The notes below the pieces were generated by a model. That model was not told the origin of the DNA and did not search any database. It was given only the letters and a program-made list of their open reading frames with translations. Made by a program: the position numbers and the translations under genes. This document shows, in pieces, positions 39,520 through 50,056 of a DNA stretch of 64,000 bases (its first letter is position 1; the number at the start of each line of letters is the position of its first letter). Where the stretch lies: assembly GCA_016931155.1 (NCBI GenBank), contig JAFGFJ010000006.1, forward strand, positions 13,115 to 77,114, given 5' to 3'. Source of the stretch: Candidatus Dojkabacteria bacterium. Its GTDB lineage: Bacteria > Patescibacteriota > Dojkabacteria > B142 > JAFGFJ01.

Positions 39520-42500
39520 CTACTCTTCTGGTGCCTCTTCACTCGTTTCCTCTTCTATTGCCTCATCCGCTCCCCCTTTAATCTCAAAAGATTCATTATC
39601 TACCAACTCTTTTTCTGCTTCCTCCGGAGTCGACTGACTGCCAATCTCTTCGTCGGGGACGCCTTCTACTATCTCGTTTTCATCAATTTCGTCAACATCA
39701 GGCTCGACCATTTGCAGATCAAGAAGAAGCGCCCTGAGCTCTGAGAGTAATACCTTGAATGACTCAGGAACATGAGGCGCCTCGATCGGCTGACCTTGAA
39801 TAATCGCTTTGTAAGCCGCTGCTCTTCCAACAACATCGTCTGACTTAATAGTAAGCATTTCATGGAGTACGTTTGGAACCGCATGAGCTTCAAGTGCCCA
39901 CACTTCCATTTCTCCAAACCTCTGCCCTCCAAATTGCGCTTTTCCTCCAAGTGGCTGTTGTGTGACCATAGTATATGATCCTGTAGATCTCCCATGTATC
40001 TTATTATCTGCCAAATGATTCAATTTCAAATAATATCTCGGACCAACAAGTACCTGCTGATCGAATTTCTCCCCTGTCCTGCCATCTATTAAAGTCTTTT
40101 TTTCTGTATAATCAATCCCCGCTTCCTTGACCATTTTTTCAAGTTTATCGATATCCACAGGAGCAAATGGAGGAACAATCACTCTTATCCCGAGTTCATT
40201 TGCAAGAGCTGCAACCTTTGTCTCCTTAAGTTGTCCCAAATTCATACGCCTTATAAATATTGGGGAAATCACAATATCTACTGGAGTACCGTCTTCAAGG
40301 TGAGGCATGTCTTCCTCAGGAAGAATCTTACTGATTACACCCTTATCACCATGAAGTCCAGTAAGCTTATCTCCTACTGATATTTTGTGGGTTCTTGCGA
40401 CCCATACTTTTACCTGTTTTAAAACCCCAGGATTTAATTTGTCTCTTTTTTCTTTATCCAAAACCTGTACTCCAATTACTACACCCTTGTCTCCATGAGG
40501 AAGTCTTAAAGAGTTATCTCTCACATCTCTTGCATATTCCCCAAATACTGCCCTAAGAAGCTTTTCTTCCGCAGTAAGTTCAGTCTCACCCTTGGGAGCA
40601 ATAATTCCAACTAAAATATCCTGAGACTGGACACTTGCTCCAACTCTTACAAGACCCTCTTTGTCAAGATTTCTCAAAGCATACTCCCCTACATTCGGAA
40701 TATCTCTAGTAATCTGTTCATTTCCCAGTTCGGTTTCCCTTATATCCTGAATATACTCTTTTATATGAACTGAAGTTAAAAGATCTTCTCTTACAAGTCT
40801 TTCTGAAACAATAATTGCATCCTCATAATTGTATCCGTCAAAGAACATATATGCCGCAAGAACATTTCTTCCAAGAGCAAGCTCACCATTATCCATAGAC
40901 GGCCCATCAATTAGTATATCCCCTTGTTTAACTTTATCGCCTGTTGTAACCACACAGCGCTGACTGAAACAGGTGTTCTGGTTTGTCCTTACAAATTTTT
41001 CTACTTCGTACTCTTTCCTGGCAGGTTTTATATTTTTATATTTAACCACAACTTTTTCCGCATCAGCATATTCAACTTCTCCCTCATCATCAGCCTGAAT
41101 CAATCTGCCTGACGCTTCAGCTACAGTTTTCTCAAAACCCGTTCCAACAACAGGAGCCTTTGGAAACACCAAGGGAACAGCCTGTCTCTGCATATTTGAT
41201 CCCATCAAACTTCTGGTTGGATCATCATTCGCCGAGAAAGGAATCAGGGAAAGTCCAAGTCCTGCAATTTGACCTGGATTGATATCAATATAATCAATTT
41301 CCGTTACTGGAACCTTTGTATAACTCCCGCCAAACCTTACAAAAGCAGTCTCATCAAGTAGTTTTCCTTCTTTATCACGATCCAGCAAGGCAGGCCCGAT
41401 CCTATATTTCATCTCTTCATCAGGATCAAGATAAACAGGGTTTGATGCATCAATATATGGTTCCACAACGATTTCTCCGTCAGTTTTTTCAATTTTTGAG
41501 ATTAAGCCTTTGGTTATTACTTCACCTTTTTTTGCAAGTACTTTTCCGCTTTTATCAAGAATCTGTTGTGAAAACTTTCTACCCACTACCTCGGCTACAG
41601 CATCTTTTTCAGAAACTAGAATTTTTGAAATAACCTTATAGTATGGTGCTTCCAAAAATCCATAGTCATTAATCCTGGCATAAACTGACATGTGACTAAC
41701 AATACCAATCGATGGTCCCTCAGGAGTAGTAACAGGGCAAAGTCTTGAATAATGAGAGCTATGAACATCTCTAACAGAAAATGTTGCTCTTTCTTTTGTA
41801 AGCCCTCTTGGACCACCAGCTGTAATCCTTCTCTTCGTTTCAATTTCTGAAAGAATATTTTCTTGATCCATGTACCTTGAAACCGCACTTGATCCAAAGA
41901 ACGAGTTTATCGCCGCAATAATAGGTCTTGTGTTTATCAAAACAGAGGGAGTAATTAATTCCTCGGAACCGTATGTACTCATTCTATCCTTTATATTCTT
42001 TTCCATTTTCAACACTCCTGCCCTTATTCTTTCCCCAATCAGCTCTCCAACCCCACGGATTCTTCTATTTGCAAGATGATCGATATCATCTTCCCTCTTT
42101 TCTCCTGCATTCAGTTTCAAAAGTGCTTTTACGACAGCTACAATATCATCCTTATAAAGAACATAATTTTCCGGTCTGATTTCTCTTTTTGTCCCCAGCT
42201 TTTTATTCAACTTATACCTTCCCACCCTGCCAAGATAAAATCTTCTTTTATCGAAGAAGAGACCCTCTACAAAAGCCTTGGCATTTTCAAGATTTATGGA
42301 ATCCTCCGGTCTTAATTTTCTGTAAATATCAAGAAGTGCTTCTTCAGTGCTTTTTGAGGTATCTTTTGAAAGTGTCTTTTCAAAAAATTCTACCTCTTTT
42401 TCGCTCGCCTCTTTATCAAGAAGAATTCTCTTTAAATCCTCATCAGAAGAATACCCGAGAGCACGAACAAGAGTAGTAAGCAAAATCCTCGGTCTCTTGT

Positions 42501-43044
42501 CAATAAGTTTAACTGACAATACTCCATGCTTATTCATCTCAAAGTCAAACCATCGACCACGAAGAGGCATAAGCTTTACAATAAAGAGAGGTTCCAGGTC
42601 TTTCCCGGTACCCGTACGAACAAAAAGTACGCCCTCAGAGCGTACTATCTGCATAACAATTACCCTTTCATTCCCGTTCACTACAAAAGTCCCTCTCTCT
42701 CCCATAACCGGAATATCAGCGACAAAAAGCTTTTGTTTTTTTACTTCTCCCGTTTTCTTGTTTGTAAGTTTTGTTTCTATATAAAGAGGTCGATCGAAGG
42801 AAAGCCCAAGTTTCTGAGCATCTCTAAAGCTCAAAGAGATTTTACCCCATTCAATGTCTCCAAATTCCAACACCCACGATTCACCAGTATAATCAGTAAT
42901 AGGATTTATTTCGTTAAAAATTTCCTCTATTCCTTCCTTTATCAAAAGGTCAAAAGAGCCAAATTGAGCCTCGAGAAGGTTCGGTGAAAGTGTAGTAAAT
43001 TCTTTGGTTACCAGGTTTACCCTGTCAACGGTTTTGTTGACCAT
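39520..43044 (-). CDS. rpoB: DNA-directed RNA polymerase subunit beta
   Basis: Conserved beta-subunit blocks (GERGTFVVNGNERVIV, ...SRYMDQENILSE..., NMQRQAVPL, GGQRFGEMEVWALEAH). Confidence 0.95.
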   Translation of the reverse strand: MVNKTVDRVNLVTKEFTTLSPNLLEAQFGSFDLLIKEGIEEIFNEINPITDYTGESWVLEFGDIEWGKISLSFRDAQKLGLSFDRPLYIETKLTNKKTGEVKKQKLFVADIPVMGERGTFVVNGNERVIVMQIVRSEGVLFVRTGTGKDLEPLFIVKLMPLRGRWFDFEMNKHGVLSVKLIDKRPRILLTTLVRALGYSSDEDLKRILLDKEASEKEVEFFEKTLSKDTSKSTEEALLDIYRKLRPEDSINLENAKAFVEGLFFDKRRFYLGRVGRYKLNKKLGTKREIRPENYVLYKDDIVAVVKALLKLNAGEKREDDIDHLANRRIRGVGELIGERIRAGVLKMEKNIKDRMSTYGSEELITPSVLINTRPIIAAINSFFGSSAVSRYMDQENILSEIETKRRITAGGPRGLTKERATFSVRDVHSSHYSRLCPVTTPEGPSIGIVSHMSVYARINDYGFLEAPYYKVISKILVSEKDAVAEVVGRKFSQQILDKSGKVLAKKGEVITKGLISKIEKTDGEIVVEPYIDASNPVYLDPDEEMKYRIGPALLDRDKEGKLLDETAFVRFGGSYTKVPVTEIDYIDINPGQIAGLGLSLIPFSANDDPTRSLMGSNMQRQAVPLVFPKAPVVGTGFEKTVAEASGRLIQADDEGEVEYADAEKVVVKYKNIKPARKEYEVEKFVRTNQNTCFSQRCVVTTGDKVKQGDILIDGPSMDNGELALGRNVLAAYMFFDGYNYEDAIIVSERLVREDLLTSVHIKEYIQDIRETELGNEQITRDIPNVGEYALRNLDKEGLVRVGASVQSQDILVGIIAPKGETELTAEEKLLRAVFGEYARDVRDNSLRLPHGDKGVVIGVQVLDKEKRDKLNPGVLKQVKVWVARTHKISVGDKLTGLHGDKGVISKILPEEDMPHLEDGTPVDIVISPIFIRRMNLGQLKETKVAALANELGIRVIVPPFAPVDIDKLEKMVKEAGIDYTEKKTLIDGRTGEKFDQQVLVGPRYYLKLNHLADNKIHGRSTGSYTMVTQQPLGGKAQFGGQRFGEMEVWALEAHAVPNVLHEMLTIKSDDVVGRAAAYKAIIQGQPIEAPHVPESFKVLLSELRALLLDLQMVEPDVDEIDENEIVEGVPDEEIGSQSTPEEAEKELVDNESFEIKGGADEAIEEETSEEAPEE

Positions 43045-43301
43045 AGCTATCTACTAAGTAGAAATAAACTAATAAAAAGATAACAACGCGAAAATACGCA
43101 CTGAAAGACCGAAGTGCGTAGTAACTAACACTTAACCAACGTTGTACAGGCTTGCTTGGTGCAAATTTATAACTAGTTATATCTAGTAGTGGATTTTTAT
43201 ACCATAGAAAAACCTCGCTGTCAACAGCTGTGTTCTCATAAACGATTAATTTTTGACTTTATTACACCCTGTAACAATAGAAGTTTTATCACTTGCAATG
43301 A

Positions 43302-43523
43302 TTATTCTTCTCCCCTTATTTCACTCAAAGGAACAGAGATTTTATCTTTTTCCTCCACCACCTTTCCAAGAACATCTTCAGAGATAGTCCCCTGTATTGG
43401 TGTGACAATAAAATTAAATTCCTGATTTTCCCTGCCTGTAATTGCATTGTAAAATTGTACTCCTGTCCATATAAGAAGAGTAGTTGCTCCTATAATTATC
43501 AGCATTATCCAGGTTTTTGACAT
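43302..43523 (-). CDS. small membrane protein (possibly pilus-assembly associated)
   Basis: 73-aa ORF with an N-terminal TM helix, in a cluster with two bitopic membrane proteins. Confidence 0.3.
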   Translation of the reverse strand: MSKTWIMLIIIGATTLLIWTGVQFYNAITGRENQEFNFIVTPIQGTISEDVLGKVVEEKDKISVPLSEIRGEE

Positions 43524-43544
43524 TTTGTAAATTTAAAATAGTTA

Positions 43545-44168
43545 CTAACTTTCCTGTGTTCTCCAAAAATAAACCACGGCCTTAATACTCACTTTTAAGT
43601 TCTGATCTGGTGTTACATATAACAACGCCTCGTCCCCAACTTGTTGCATAGAAATCTCTATTATATTGATGGGACGTGGAAAATCCTCAAGCAGACGGAT
43701 AAAGTTTCCCACTCCAATACTGTTCGCCTGAATAGTAGTAGTAAAAATATACGTTTGCACATTGTCCGGGATTTCCCTCATTTTGAACTCGGTATCTTCA
43801 GCAACACCCATGCTCAATACTTTTACATTTAATCTTTCTGCTCCAACTGTCAAATTCGCTATAAACTCATCCTCCCGTCTTGAATCAGGAATAATCTCGT
43901 CATTTAAAAATGTAACAGCCTCGGTCTGGGTTTCTTCTATCTGTACCAAGCTCTGAATGTTTTTAAATTTTGTATCCATTTTTGATAAAACCTCTTTCCT
44001 CTCAGCATTTTCTGATATTTGGGTCAGTATCCTGACAATAGAAGGTCTAATTACCACGAAAATCATAAGTATAGTCAATAAAACAGTAATACCGGCGACA
44101 GAAAACGTTCTTCTCTGTGGAGTAGAAAAAAGATCTTCCAGTCTTGGATTTCTGGTTTTAATTGCCAT
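43545..44168 (-). CDS. bitopic membrane protein, PilO-like (tentative)
   Basis: N-terminal TM helix followed by a coiled-coil and an alpha/beta region; no strong motif. Confidence 0.3.
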   Translation of the reverse strand: MAIKTRNPRLEDLFSTPQRRTFSVAGITVLLTILMIFVVIRPSIVRILTQISENAERKEVLSKMDTKFKNIQSLVQIEETQTEAVTFLNDEIIPDSRREDEFIANLTVGAERLNVKVLSMGVAEDTEFKMREIPDNVQTYIFTTTIQANSIGVGNFIRLLEDFPRPINIIEISMQQVGDEALLYVTPDQNLKVSIKAVVYFWRTQES

Positions 44169-44240
44169 TTGCCTTTTTTATATGTAATTAAAATTCTGCT
44201 TACCGGTAAATACCGTCTTACAAGTCATCAAAACTTTTAG

Positions 44241-44801
44241 TTATTTAAAAAATCGTGAATTATGATCCTTAACAATCGCCCTAAGAGCAAATGTTCCTTC
44301 ATCTACACCTTCCCCTCCCTCATTTTGAACCTCAAAAACCTCAGTTCTCTGAAATGTTTGCGAATTTTTCAGAGAACCTTCTAAAGTTGATACTGGACCC
44401 AGAGCTGAAAACCCTCTAATGAGCAGAATCTCATTTTTAAACTGAACATTTATCTCAGAGGATATCGTCGGAAGATACATGTTAATTTCTTCCCAGATAT
44501 CTGCATAACCCGAAGATGTTTCCCATATCTCTTGATAAGCATTTGCTTTTCCAATAACACCTCTGAAATACTTTTCCTTATCAGCAATTACCTCCAGCCT
44601 GGCTTCCTGAACCCTTATTTTTTCATCCAGATTCTTTGTCTGACTATCAAGAACAAATCTTGTTACAAAAGCAGCAAATACTATTACCTCTACAAGTATA
44701 ATGATTACCCTTGCTGTACCTACTACCCAGGCATAGGCTTTATCCCAGAATGTTGCAGGTGCTTCCTGTGGTTGTAGTAAATTAAAACCCTTTCGTGACA
44801 T
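44241..44801 (-). CDS. bitopic membrane protein, PilN-like (tentative)
   Basis: N-terminal TM helix followed by a coiled coil. Confidence 0.3.
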   Translation of the reverse strand: MSRKGFNLLQPQEAPATFWDKAYAWVVGTARVIIILVEVIVFAAFVTRFVLDSQTKNLDEKIRVQEARLEVIADKEKYFRGVIGKANAYQEIWETSSGYADIWEEINMYLPTISSEINVQFKNEILLIRGFSALGPVSTLEGSLKNSQTFQRTEVFEVQNEGGEGVDEGTFALRAIVKDHNSRFFK

Positions 44802-45162
44802 AAGCAGTTATTTATATGGATCAGTCTAGCATATATTTATTAAGTGTTTAAACCTATATGTAAGTCCTGAACACACTTAACAGTTTATAGTCAGTCCTCA
44901 GCAACTCCTCAAAAGATCTTGTAAAACCCAATTCACAGCCTGTTTCAAACAGAGTTCTCTTTATTGAACTCGCACACATATAATGAAGTTGTAGTAGGGT
45001 TGGCAACAGTCACAAGCTGAATGTTATAATTCACTTCGTTTCGATAGATATTTATATTGAGCTCAGATTAAGATATATTTTCTTTTTACACAATTTGTGC
45101 CGGTTTACATTTCGTTTGTGCCCGATAGTAAATGGATTAAGTCTATCCAAAAAGATCTGTAT

Positions 45163-45252
<90 letters not shown>

Positions 45253-45370
45253 TTTTACATTCAGCGAAATTGAAAGATGTTGCCCTTGACCCACCCAACC
45301 CATTCGAGGGCAACGCTAAGGAACTCCCTTTTTTCTTTACGAAATAGAAATATTTTAGTAATATTATATT

Positions 45371-45412
45371 GTGGTTAATTTGTTGAAGCATAAAATTATA
45401 ATACCACAATTT
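45371..45412. promoter_or_regulatory. inverted repeat TATTGTGGT-N24-ACCACAATT upstream of the C-protein gene (candidate C-box operator)
   Basis: 9-bp arms with one mismatch, sited 18-59 bp upstream of the controller ATG. Confidence 0.35.
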
Positions 45413-45429
45413 AATATTACTATTTTAAT

Positions 45430-45624
45430 ATGGTAGAGTCAAGCAAAATCAAACGAATAAGAGAGAAAATGGGGTTATCGCAAGAAAAGCTAGCCCGTCT
45501 TGCTGATGTTTCCAATAATACGATAATCAACATTGAAGCTGGCAAGCAACAAAACCCAACCATTGATACAATTAAAAAAATCGCAAAGGCATTAAATGTG
45601 CCAATCGAGGATTTAATAAAATAA
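45430..45624 (+). CDS. controller (C) protein, XRE-family HTH, of a Type II R-M operon
   Basis: 64 aa; GLSQEKLARLADVSNNTIINIEAGK is an XRE HTH. It sits directly upstream of and co-oriented with the R and M genes (C-R-M order). Confidence 0.75.
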   Translation: MVESSKIKRIREKMGLSQEKLARLADVSNNTIINIEAGKQQNPTIDTIKKIAKALNVPIEDLIK

Positions 45625-45628
45625 AACT

Positions 45629-46477
45629 ATGGAAACAAATTTACTTATTGCAATATCAAATTTAGTTAAAAATCCAATTACAAATTTGGTCTCTCATTAT
45701 CGTGCTGCCAACCGTGCCAATAGCATGGGTGACGCTTTAGAATTTTATATCAAAGATTTGTTTTGCAATTCCCTAAATGAAAATAATCTTGAAAAGAAAA
45801 ATGAAATTTACAGCAAATATTTTTCTTATATTGGAAATCAAAATAATCCGCCAGATATTATTATCAAACAAGGCGATGCAATAGAGGTTAAAAAAATTGA
45901 AAGTTTGCGTTCTGGAATTGCGCTTAATAGTTCTTATCCCAAAGATAAGCTATTTTCTGATAGCCCAATGATAACTACGGCTTGCAGAAATTGTGAAGAT
46001 TGGCGAGAAAAAGATTTGGTTTATGTTGTTGGTGTTTCAAAAGACGACAAACTAAAGGCTTTGTGGCTTGTTTATGGTAATTGTTATTCCGCAAATAAAG
46101 AGGTTTATGAAAGAATAAGAGATAAAATTTCAAAAGGCGTTAATGAATTACAAGATGTTGAATTTTCGGAAACAAACGAACTTGGAAGGGTCAATCGTGT
46201 TGATCCTCTCGGAATAACTTATTTGCGCATTCGTGGAATGTGGGGTATCGAAAATCCTATTAAGATTTTTGATTATGTTATTCCGACAGAGCAGAATTCT
46301 GAATTTTTTGTTAATGCAATTTTGTTGAAAGAAAAATACTTGTCCTTTCCTGAAAAAGACAGAATAAATCTTGAGAGTTTAGTTAGTGTTAACTTTTCAA
46401 TAAAAGATATAAAAATAAAATCGCCAAACAACCCAGCAAAATTGTTGGAGGCGAAGTTATTAAGTTTTAGAAAATAA
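45629..46477 (+). CDS. Type II restriction endonuclease (PD-ExK)
   Basis: PPDIIIKQGDAIEVKK is a PD-x(n)-E-x-K catalytic motif. It lies between the C-protein and C5-MTase genes with 4-nt and 1-nt spacers. Confidence 0.65.
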   Translation: METNLLIAISNLVKNPITNLVSHYRAANRANSMGDALEFYIKDLFCNSLNENNLEKKNEIYSKYFSYIGNQNNPPDIIIKQGDAIEVKKIESLRSGIALNSSYPKDKLFSDSPMITTACRNCEDWREKDLVYVVGVSKDDKLKALWLVYGNCYSANKEVYERIRDKISKGVNELQDVEFSETNELGRVNRVDPLGITYLRIRGMWGIENPIKIFDYVIPTEQNSEFFVNAILLKEKYLSFPEKDRINLESLVSVNFSIKDIKIKSPNNPAKLLEAKLLSFRK

Positions 46478-46478
46478 T

Positions 46479-47456
46479 ATGAAATTAGCTTCTTTATTTA
46501 CAGGTGCAGGTGGATTAGACTTAGGCTTTGAAAGAGCTGGTTTTCATGTTGTTTGGGCAAATGAATATGACTCTACAATTTGGGAAACATTCGAACATAA
46601 TTTTCCCAAAACAAAATTAGACAAAAGAAGTATTGTAGATGTTCCAGCGTCTGAAATTCCAGATGTTGATGGAATAATTGGAGGTCCTCCTTGTCAGAGT
46701 TGGAGTGAGGCTGGGGCTGGTCGTGGGATAAATGACAAAAGAGGTAAATTATTTTATGATTACATTCGATTATTAAAAGAAAAACAACCAAAGTTCTTTC
46801 TTGCCGAAAATGTATCTGGAATTTTACACCCAAAACATAAAGAGGCATTTTCAAACATCATCAAAGAATTTGAAAATGCGGGGTATGTTATTTCATGCAA
46901 ACTATTAAATGCTAATGATTATGATGTTCCAGAGGATAGGCTTCGTGTAATTATTGTTGGTTATCATAAAAGATTAAAAAAGAAATTTGAATTTCCAGAA
47001 CCACAAAAATATAAACCAGTATTGAAAGATGCTATTTTTGATTTACGATTAGCAAAACCAGCATTAGATAAAAATAAAACAAACGGTGATGTGTTGAAAA
47101 TTCCAAACCATGAGTATATGAATGGTGGTTTTTCTTCAATCTACATGTCGAGAAATCGTGTCCGTTCGTGGGATGAACCCTCTTTTACTATTCAAGCAGG
47201 TGGTCGCCACGCACCAATTCACCCACAAGCACCAAAAATGAAATTTATTGAACAAAATAAAAGAATTTTTGTTCCTGGAAAAGAACGTTTATATCGCCGT
47301 TTGTCTGTTCGTGAATGTGCAAGAATACAAACATTTCCTGATAATTTTATTTTCAAATATCGTGATATTGCTGACGGATATAAAATGATTGGAAATGCTG
47401 TTGCGGTAAATTTTGCGCACCATTTGGCAAAAAAAATCATGAATGATCTAAAATAA
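46479..47456 (+). CDS. DNA (cytosine-5)-methyltransferase
   Basis: Motif I LFTGAGGLDLG, motif IV GPPCQSWS, motif VI ENV, motif X IGNAVAV. Confidence 0.9.
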   Translation: MKLASLFTGAGGLDLGFERAGFHVVWANEYDSTIWETFEHNFPKTKLDKRSIVDVPASEIPDVDGIIGGPPCQSWSEAGAGRGINDKRGKLFYDYIRLLKEKQPKFFLAENVSGILHPKHKEAFSNIIKEFENAGYVISCKLLNANDYDVPEDRLRVIIVGYHKRLKKKFEFPEPQKYKPVLKDAIFDLRLAKPALDKNKTNGDVLKIPNHEYMNGGFSSIYMSRNRVRSWDEPSFTIQAGGRHAPIHPQAPKMKFIEQNKRIFVPGKERLYRRLSVRECARIQTFPDNFIFKYRDIADGYKMIGNAVAVNFAHHLAKKIMNDLK

Positions 47457-47459
47457 TTT

Positions 47460-47888
47460 ATGGAAAATAGTTTATTAACAATACTTTTATTACCAATTTT
47501 GACCGCAGTTATAGGCTCTTATCTTACTTATTATTTTGCAAATAAGTCAAAAAAGGGCGAAGCGATTTTGAGATTCAAGGAAGAAAAATATTCAAATCTA
47601 CTTATTCTTTTACAGGGCTTCGTTGGAAAAACAACATCTGGTGAAACTAAAAAGAAATTTTTTGAAGAACAATATAAGTCTTGGCTTTATTCTTCTGACG
47701 AAGTAGTGCAGTCAATAAACGAAATGGTTAAATTGGTTATTGAATCAAGAGGAAAAGAGCCTGAGCCTGAAAAAGGAAGAAAAGCCGTTGGTGAAATCGT
47801 TCTTAAAATACGTAAAGATTTATTAGGCAAATCAAAATTAGGCTTTAAAGATTTTCAATATACGGATGTTATTGATAAAGACTTATGA
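47460..47888 (+). CDS. hypothetical protein with an N-terminal TM helix
   Basis: 142-aa ORF co-oriented immediately after the MTase. Confidence 0.35.
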   Translation: MENSLLTILLLPILTAVIGSYLTYYFANKSKKGEAILRFKEEKYSNLLILLQGFVGKTTSGETKKKFFEEQYKSWLYSSDEVVQSINEMVKLVIESRGKEPEPEKGRKAVGEIVLKIRKDLLGKSKLGFKDFQYTDVIDKDL

Positions 47889-47909
47889 GATTACTACGAA
47901 AGAAACAAT

Positions 47910-48380
47910 ATGGAAGAAAATAATAAATTCAAAATTTTGTTTGAATCAATCAAAAGCAAATTTGATTATTTATCAATCGCCGATAACTGCCTAGACGGAA
48001 AAGCTGGAACTTTAATGGGGTTTGAGATTACTTTGGGAATTGGTTATTTGTCATTCGTTATCGGCGATCTTGAGGGGATTAAATTTTATGAAGGCGTGAT
48101 TGGGTTAGCATTACTAGGAATTTCAACAATTTTGCTTTTGATTGTAAATTGGCCTAAAAATTACATTACAATTTCCGTAAATATTTTTGACCATAAGGAA
48201 TATTTAGAAAAATCTGAAAAAGATTTGCTCTTACAACTTACAAGCGATGCTCAAAATGCTTTTACAGAAAATAACAAAATTTTGAAAAGAAAAGTTAAGC
48301 TATATCGACTTGCAACGGCTTTGTTGATTATTTCTTCATTTTTGCTTATATTATCTAAAGTAGGAAAATTTTATGTCTGA
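47910..48380 (+). CDS. hypothetical membrane protein
   Basis: 156-aa ORF with three TM helices. Confidence 0.35.
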   Translation: MEENNKFKILFESIKSKFDYLSIADNCLDGKAGTLMGFEITLGIGYLSFVIGDLEGIKFYEGVIGLALLGISTILLLIVNWPKNYITISVNIFDHKEYLEKSEKDLLLQLTSDAQNAFTENNKILKRKVKLYRLATALLIISSFLLILSKVGKFYV

Positions 48381-48987
48381 CGAAAATAAACAAAATCAAA
48401 CACCGCAACAACCCGCACCGAAAGAACAGCCAAAAGCTGAACCTAAACCCGTGGAGTTGCCAAAGCCGAATCAAGGCGAAGTTGTAACTAAGGGCGGATA
48501 GGTGGCGCACCAGTTTTCAACTGGCACGAAATTAGGAAGCGAAAAAGGAAGGGTTCAAAAACCCGCCCGTATTCCTCCCCAGACCCCTCCTGCGGGTGGG
48601 AAGAAAGTCGAGGCGGGGCAATTCCATTCCCCCAGAAAAATAGTATGCCCCGCCGAGTCCAAATTAGTTTTTAGGATTTTCGTTAAAAAATGTTCGAACT
48701 TCGTTCAAAAAACTCCGCCATCTAAGAAAAATCCCTCGACGGGAAACTCTTTGAACCACACCACAGGTTCTGAATCAGTTATTCCAAAATATTGACAGCA
48801 TCTTCTAAAAGGACATTTATCTTTTTGACAAGCCTTTTTATACAACTTTAAGTCTTGTCAAAACAGTTAAGAATTTAATTTTAGACAAAATACATACTAT
48901 AGAAATAGTGTTCATTAATACTTTCCTCATAATTCACCATTAGAATTTGCCGCCATAAGTTATAATTAAAGCCTTATTAATTGAATT

Positions 48988-49401
48988 ATGGAAAAGAAGA
49001 TTTCGATATTGCCAATAATAGTAGTATCTTTTATTCTTTTCGGAGGAATCATTGGACTTGCTCTGGCAGCAAAAAAAGAAATCTCAGATGCAGACTACAG
49101 TGAGTTTATTTCCTGTCTTGCAGGAAAAGAGGCAAAACTGTACGTTAGCTCCTGGTGCTCTTTTTGTGCGAAGCAGAAAACACTATTTGGAGAACAACAG
49201 AATCAACTGACAGAAAAGGGGGTAAGTGTGTTGTGCGATGCAACTGATGGTACTGGACAGGCAGAGGAATGCAACGAAGCGGGCATATCCGGCTATCCAA
49301 CATGGATCATTGACAATGAGATGATCAGTGGGGTACAAACTTTGGAATTCATCGCAGAAAAAACAGAGTGTGCGCTACCCCAGCCTGAGTCGGAAAAATA
49401 G
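48988..49401 (+). CDS. thioredoxin-like protein with a WCSFC active site and an N-terminal TM anchor
   Basis: CxxC motif (SWCSFCAKQ) in a thioredoxin-fold context. Its partner is the adjacent VKOR. Confidence 0.6.
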   Translation: MEKKISILPIIVVSFILFGGIIGLALAAKKEISDADYSEFISCLAGKEAKLYVSSWCSFCAKQKTLFGEQQNQLTEKGVSVLCDATDGTGQAEECNEAGISGYPTWIIDNEMISGVQTLEFIAEKTECALPQPESEK

Positions 49402-49456
49402 AAAAGATCTACTGAAAACCTCATTGCCAAAAATTTGCGTTAATAACTATTAAAAA

Positions 49457-49966
49457 TTGTACGAAATACCTATGACCATAATGGCAAAGAAGAAATTCAT
49501 AATACTTTTTATTCTTGTTATTATTGCTCTTTCCTCATCAATTTATGCAGTGATACTTCATTATAAAACAGATACATCAGGTAGCTATTGCAATATAAAT
49601 CAGGTATTCAACTGCTCGGCAGTTGATGAGTCTGAATACTCCGAGATACTGGGGGTGCCAATTGGAGTTTTTGGAATTGCTTATTCAATCTTCAATCTGA
49701 CAATTCTTTTTGTCAAAAAAATCAGACCTGCATTTATTAGTAAACGAAACTATCACTATGTGCTTCAATTGAATTTATTGACAAATACAGTTGGAATAAT
49801 GGGCTCACTCGCCCTTACATTTCTACTGTTGTTCATTATTAAAGCAGTTTGCATAAATTGCATCATCTTTCATGTTGCAAATATTTGCTATACAACATTT
49901 CTCTACAAAGAGGCATTACAAAACCCTGTTGACAGAAAGGATAAAACAAACAGCAATAAAAACTAA
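49457..49966 (+). CDS. vitamin K epoxide reductase (VKOR) family protein
   Basis: Loop cysteines (SYCNINQVFNCS), ...SEILGVPIGVFGIAYS... and the C-terminal CINC (CxxC) in TM4. Confidence 0.65.
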   Translation: MYEIPMTIMAKKKFIILFILVIIALSSSIYAVILHYKTDTSGSYCNINQVFNCSAVDESEYSEILGVPIGVFGIAYSIFNLTILFVKKIRPAFISKRNYHYVLQLNLLTNTVGIMGSLALTFLLLFIIKAVCINCIIFHVANICYTTFLYKEALQNPVDRKDKTNSNKN

Positions 49967-50056
49967 GAAGTATTTATTTACAATTATTTTCGCAGACTGT
50001 TCAACCCTCCTTGCCATAGAGTTTTCACTGAGCTAGAATATTCAAACGCTACCCGA

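Noticed and set aside
35604-43044. Numerous 60-150-aa ORFs on the plus strand inside rpoB and rpoC
   Set aside because: They are antisense to highly conserved long genes with low-complexity translations, so they are spurious.
48480-48700. RNase P RNA or SRP RNA identity for the GC-rich structured element
   Set aside because: GAAGAAAGTCGAGGC superficially resembles the RNase P CR-I (GGAAAGTCCGGGC). No CR-II/CR-III (AGGGUGAAA..., ACAGAACCCGGCUUA) or SRP domain IV motifs are present, so the element is left unassigned.
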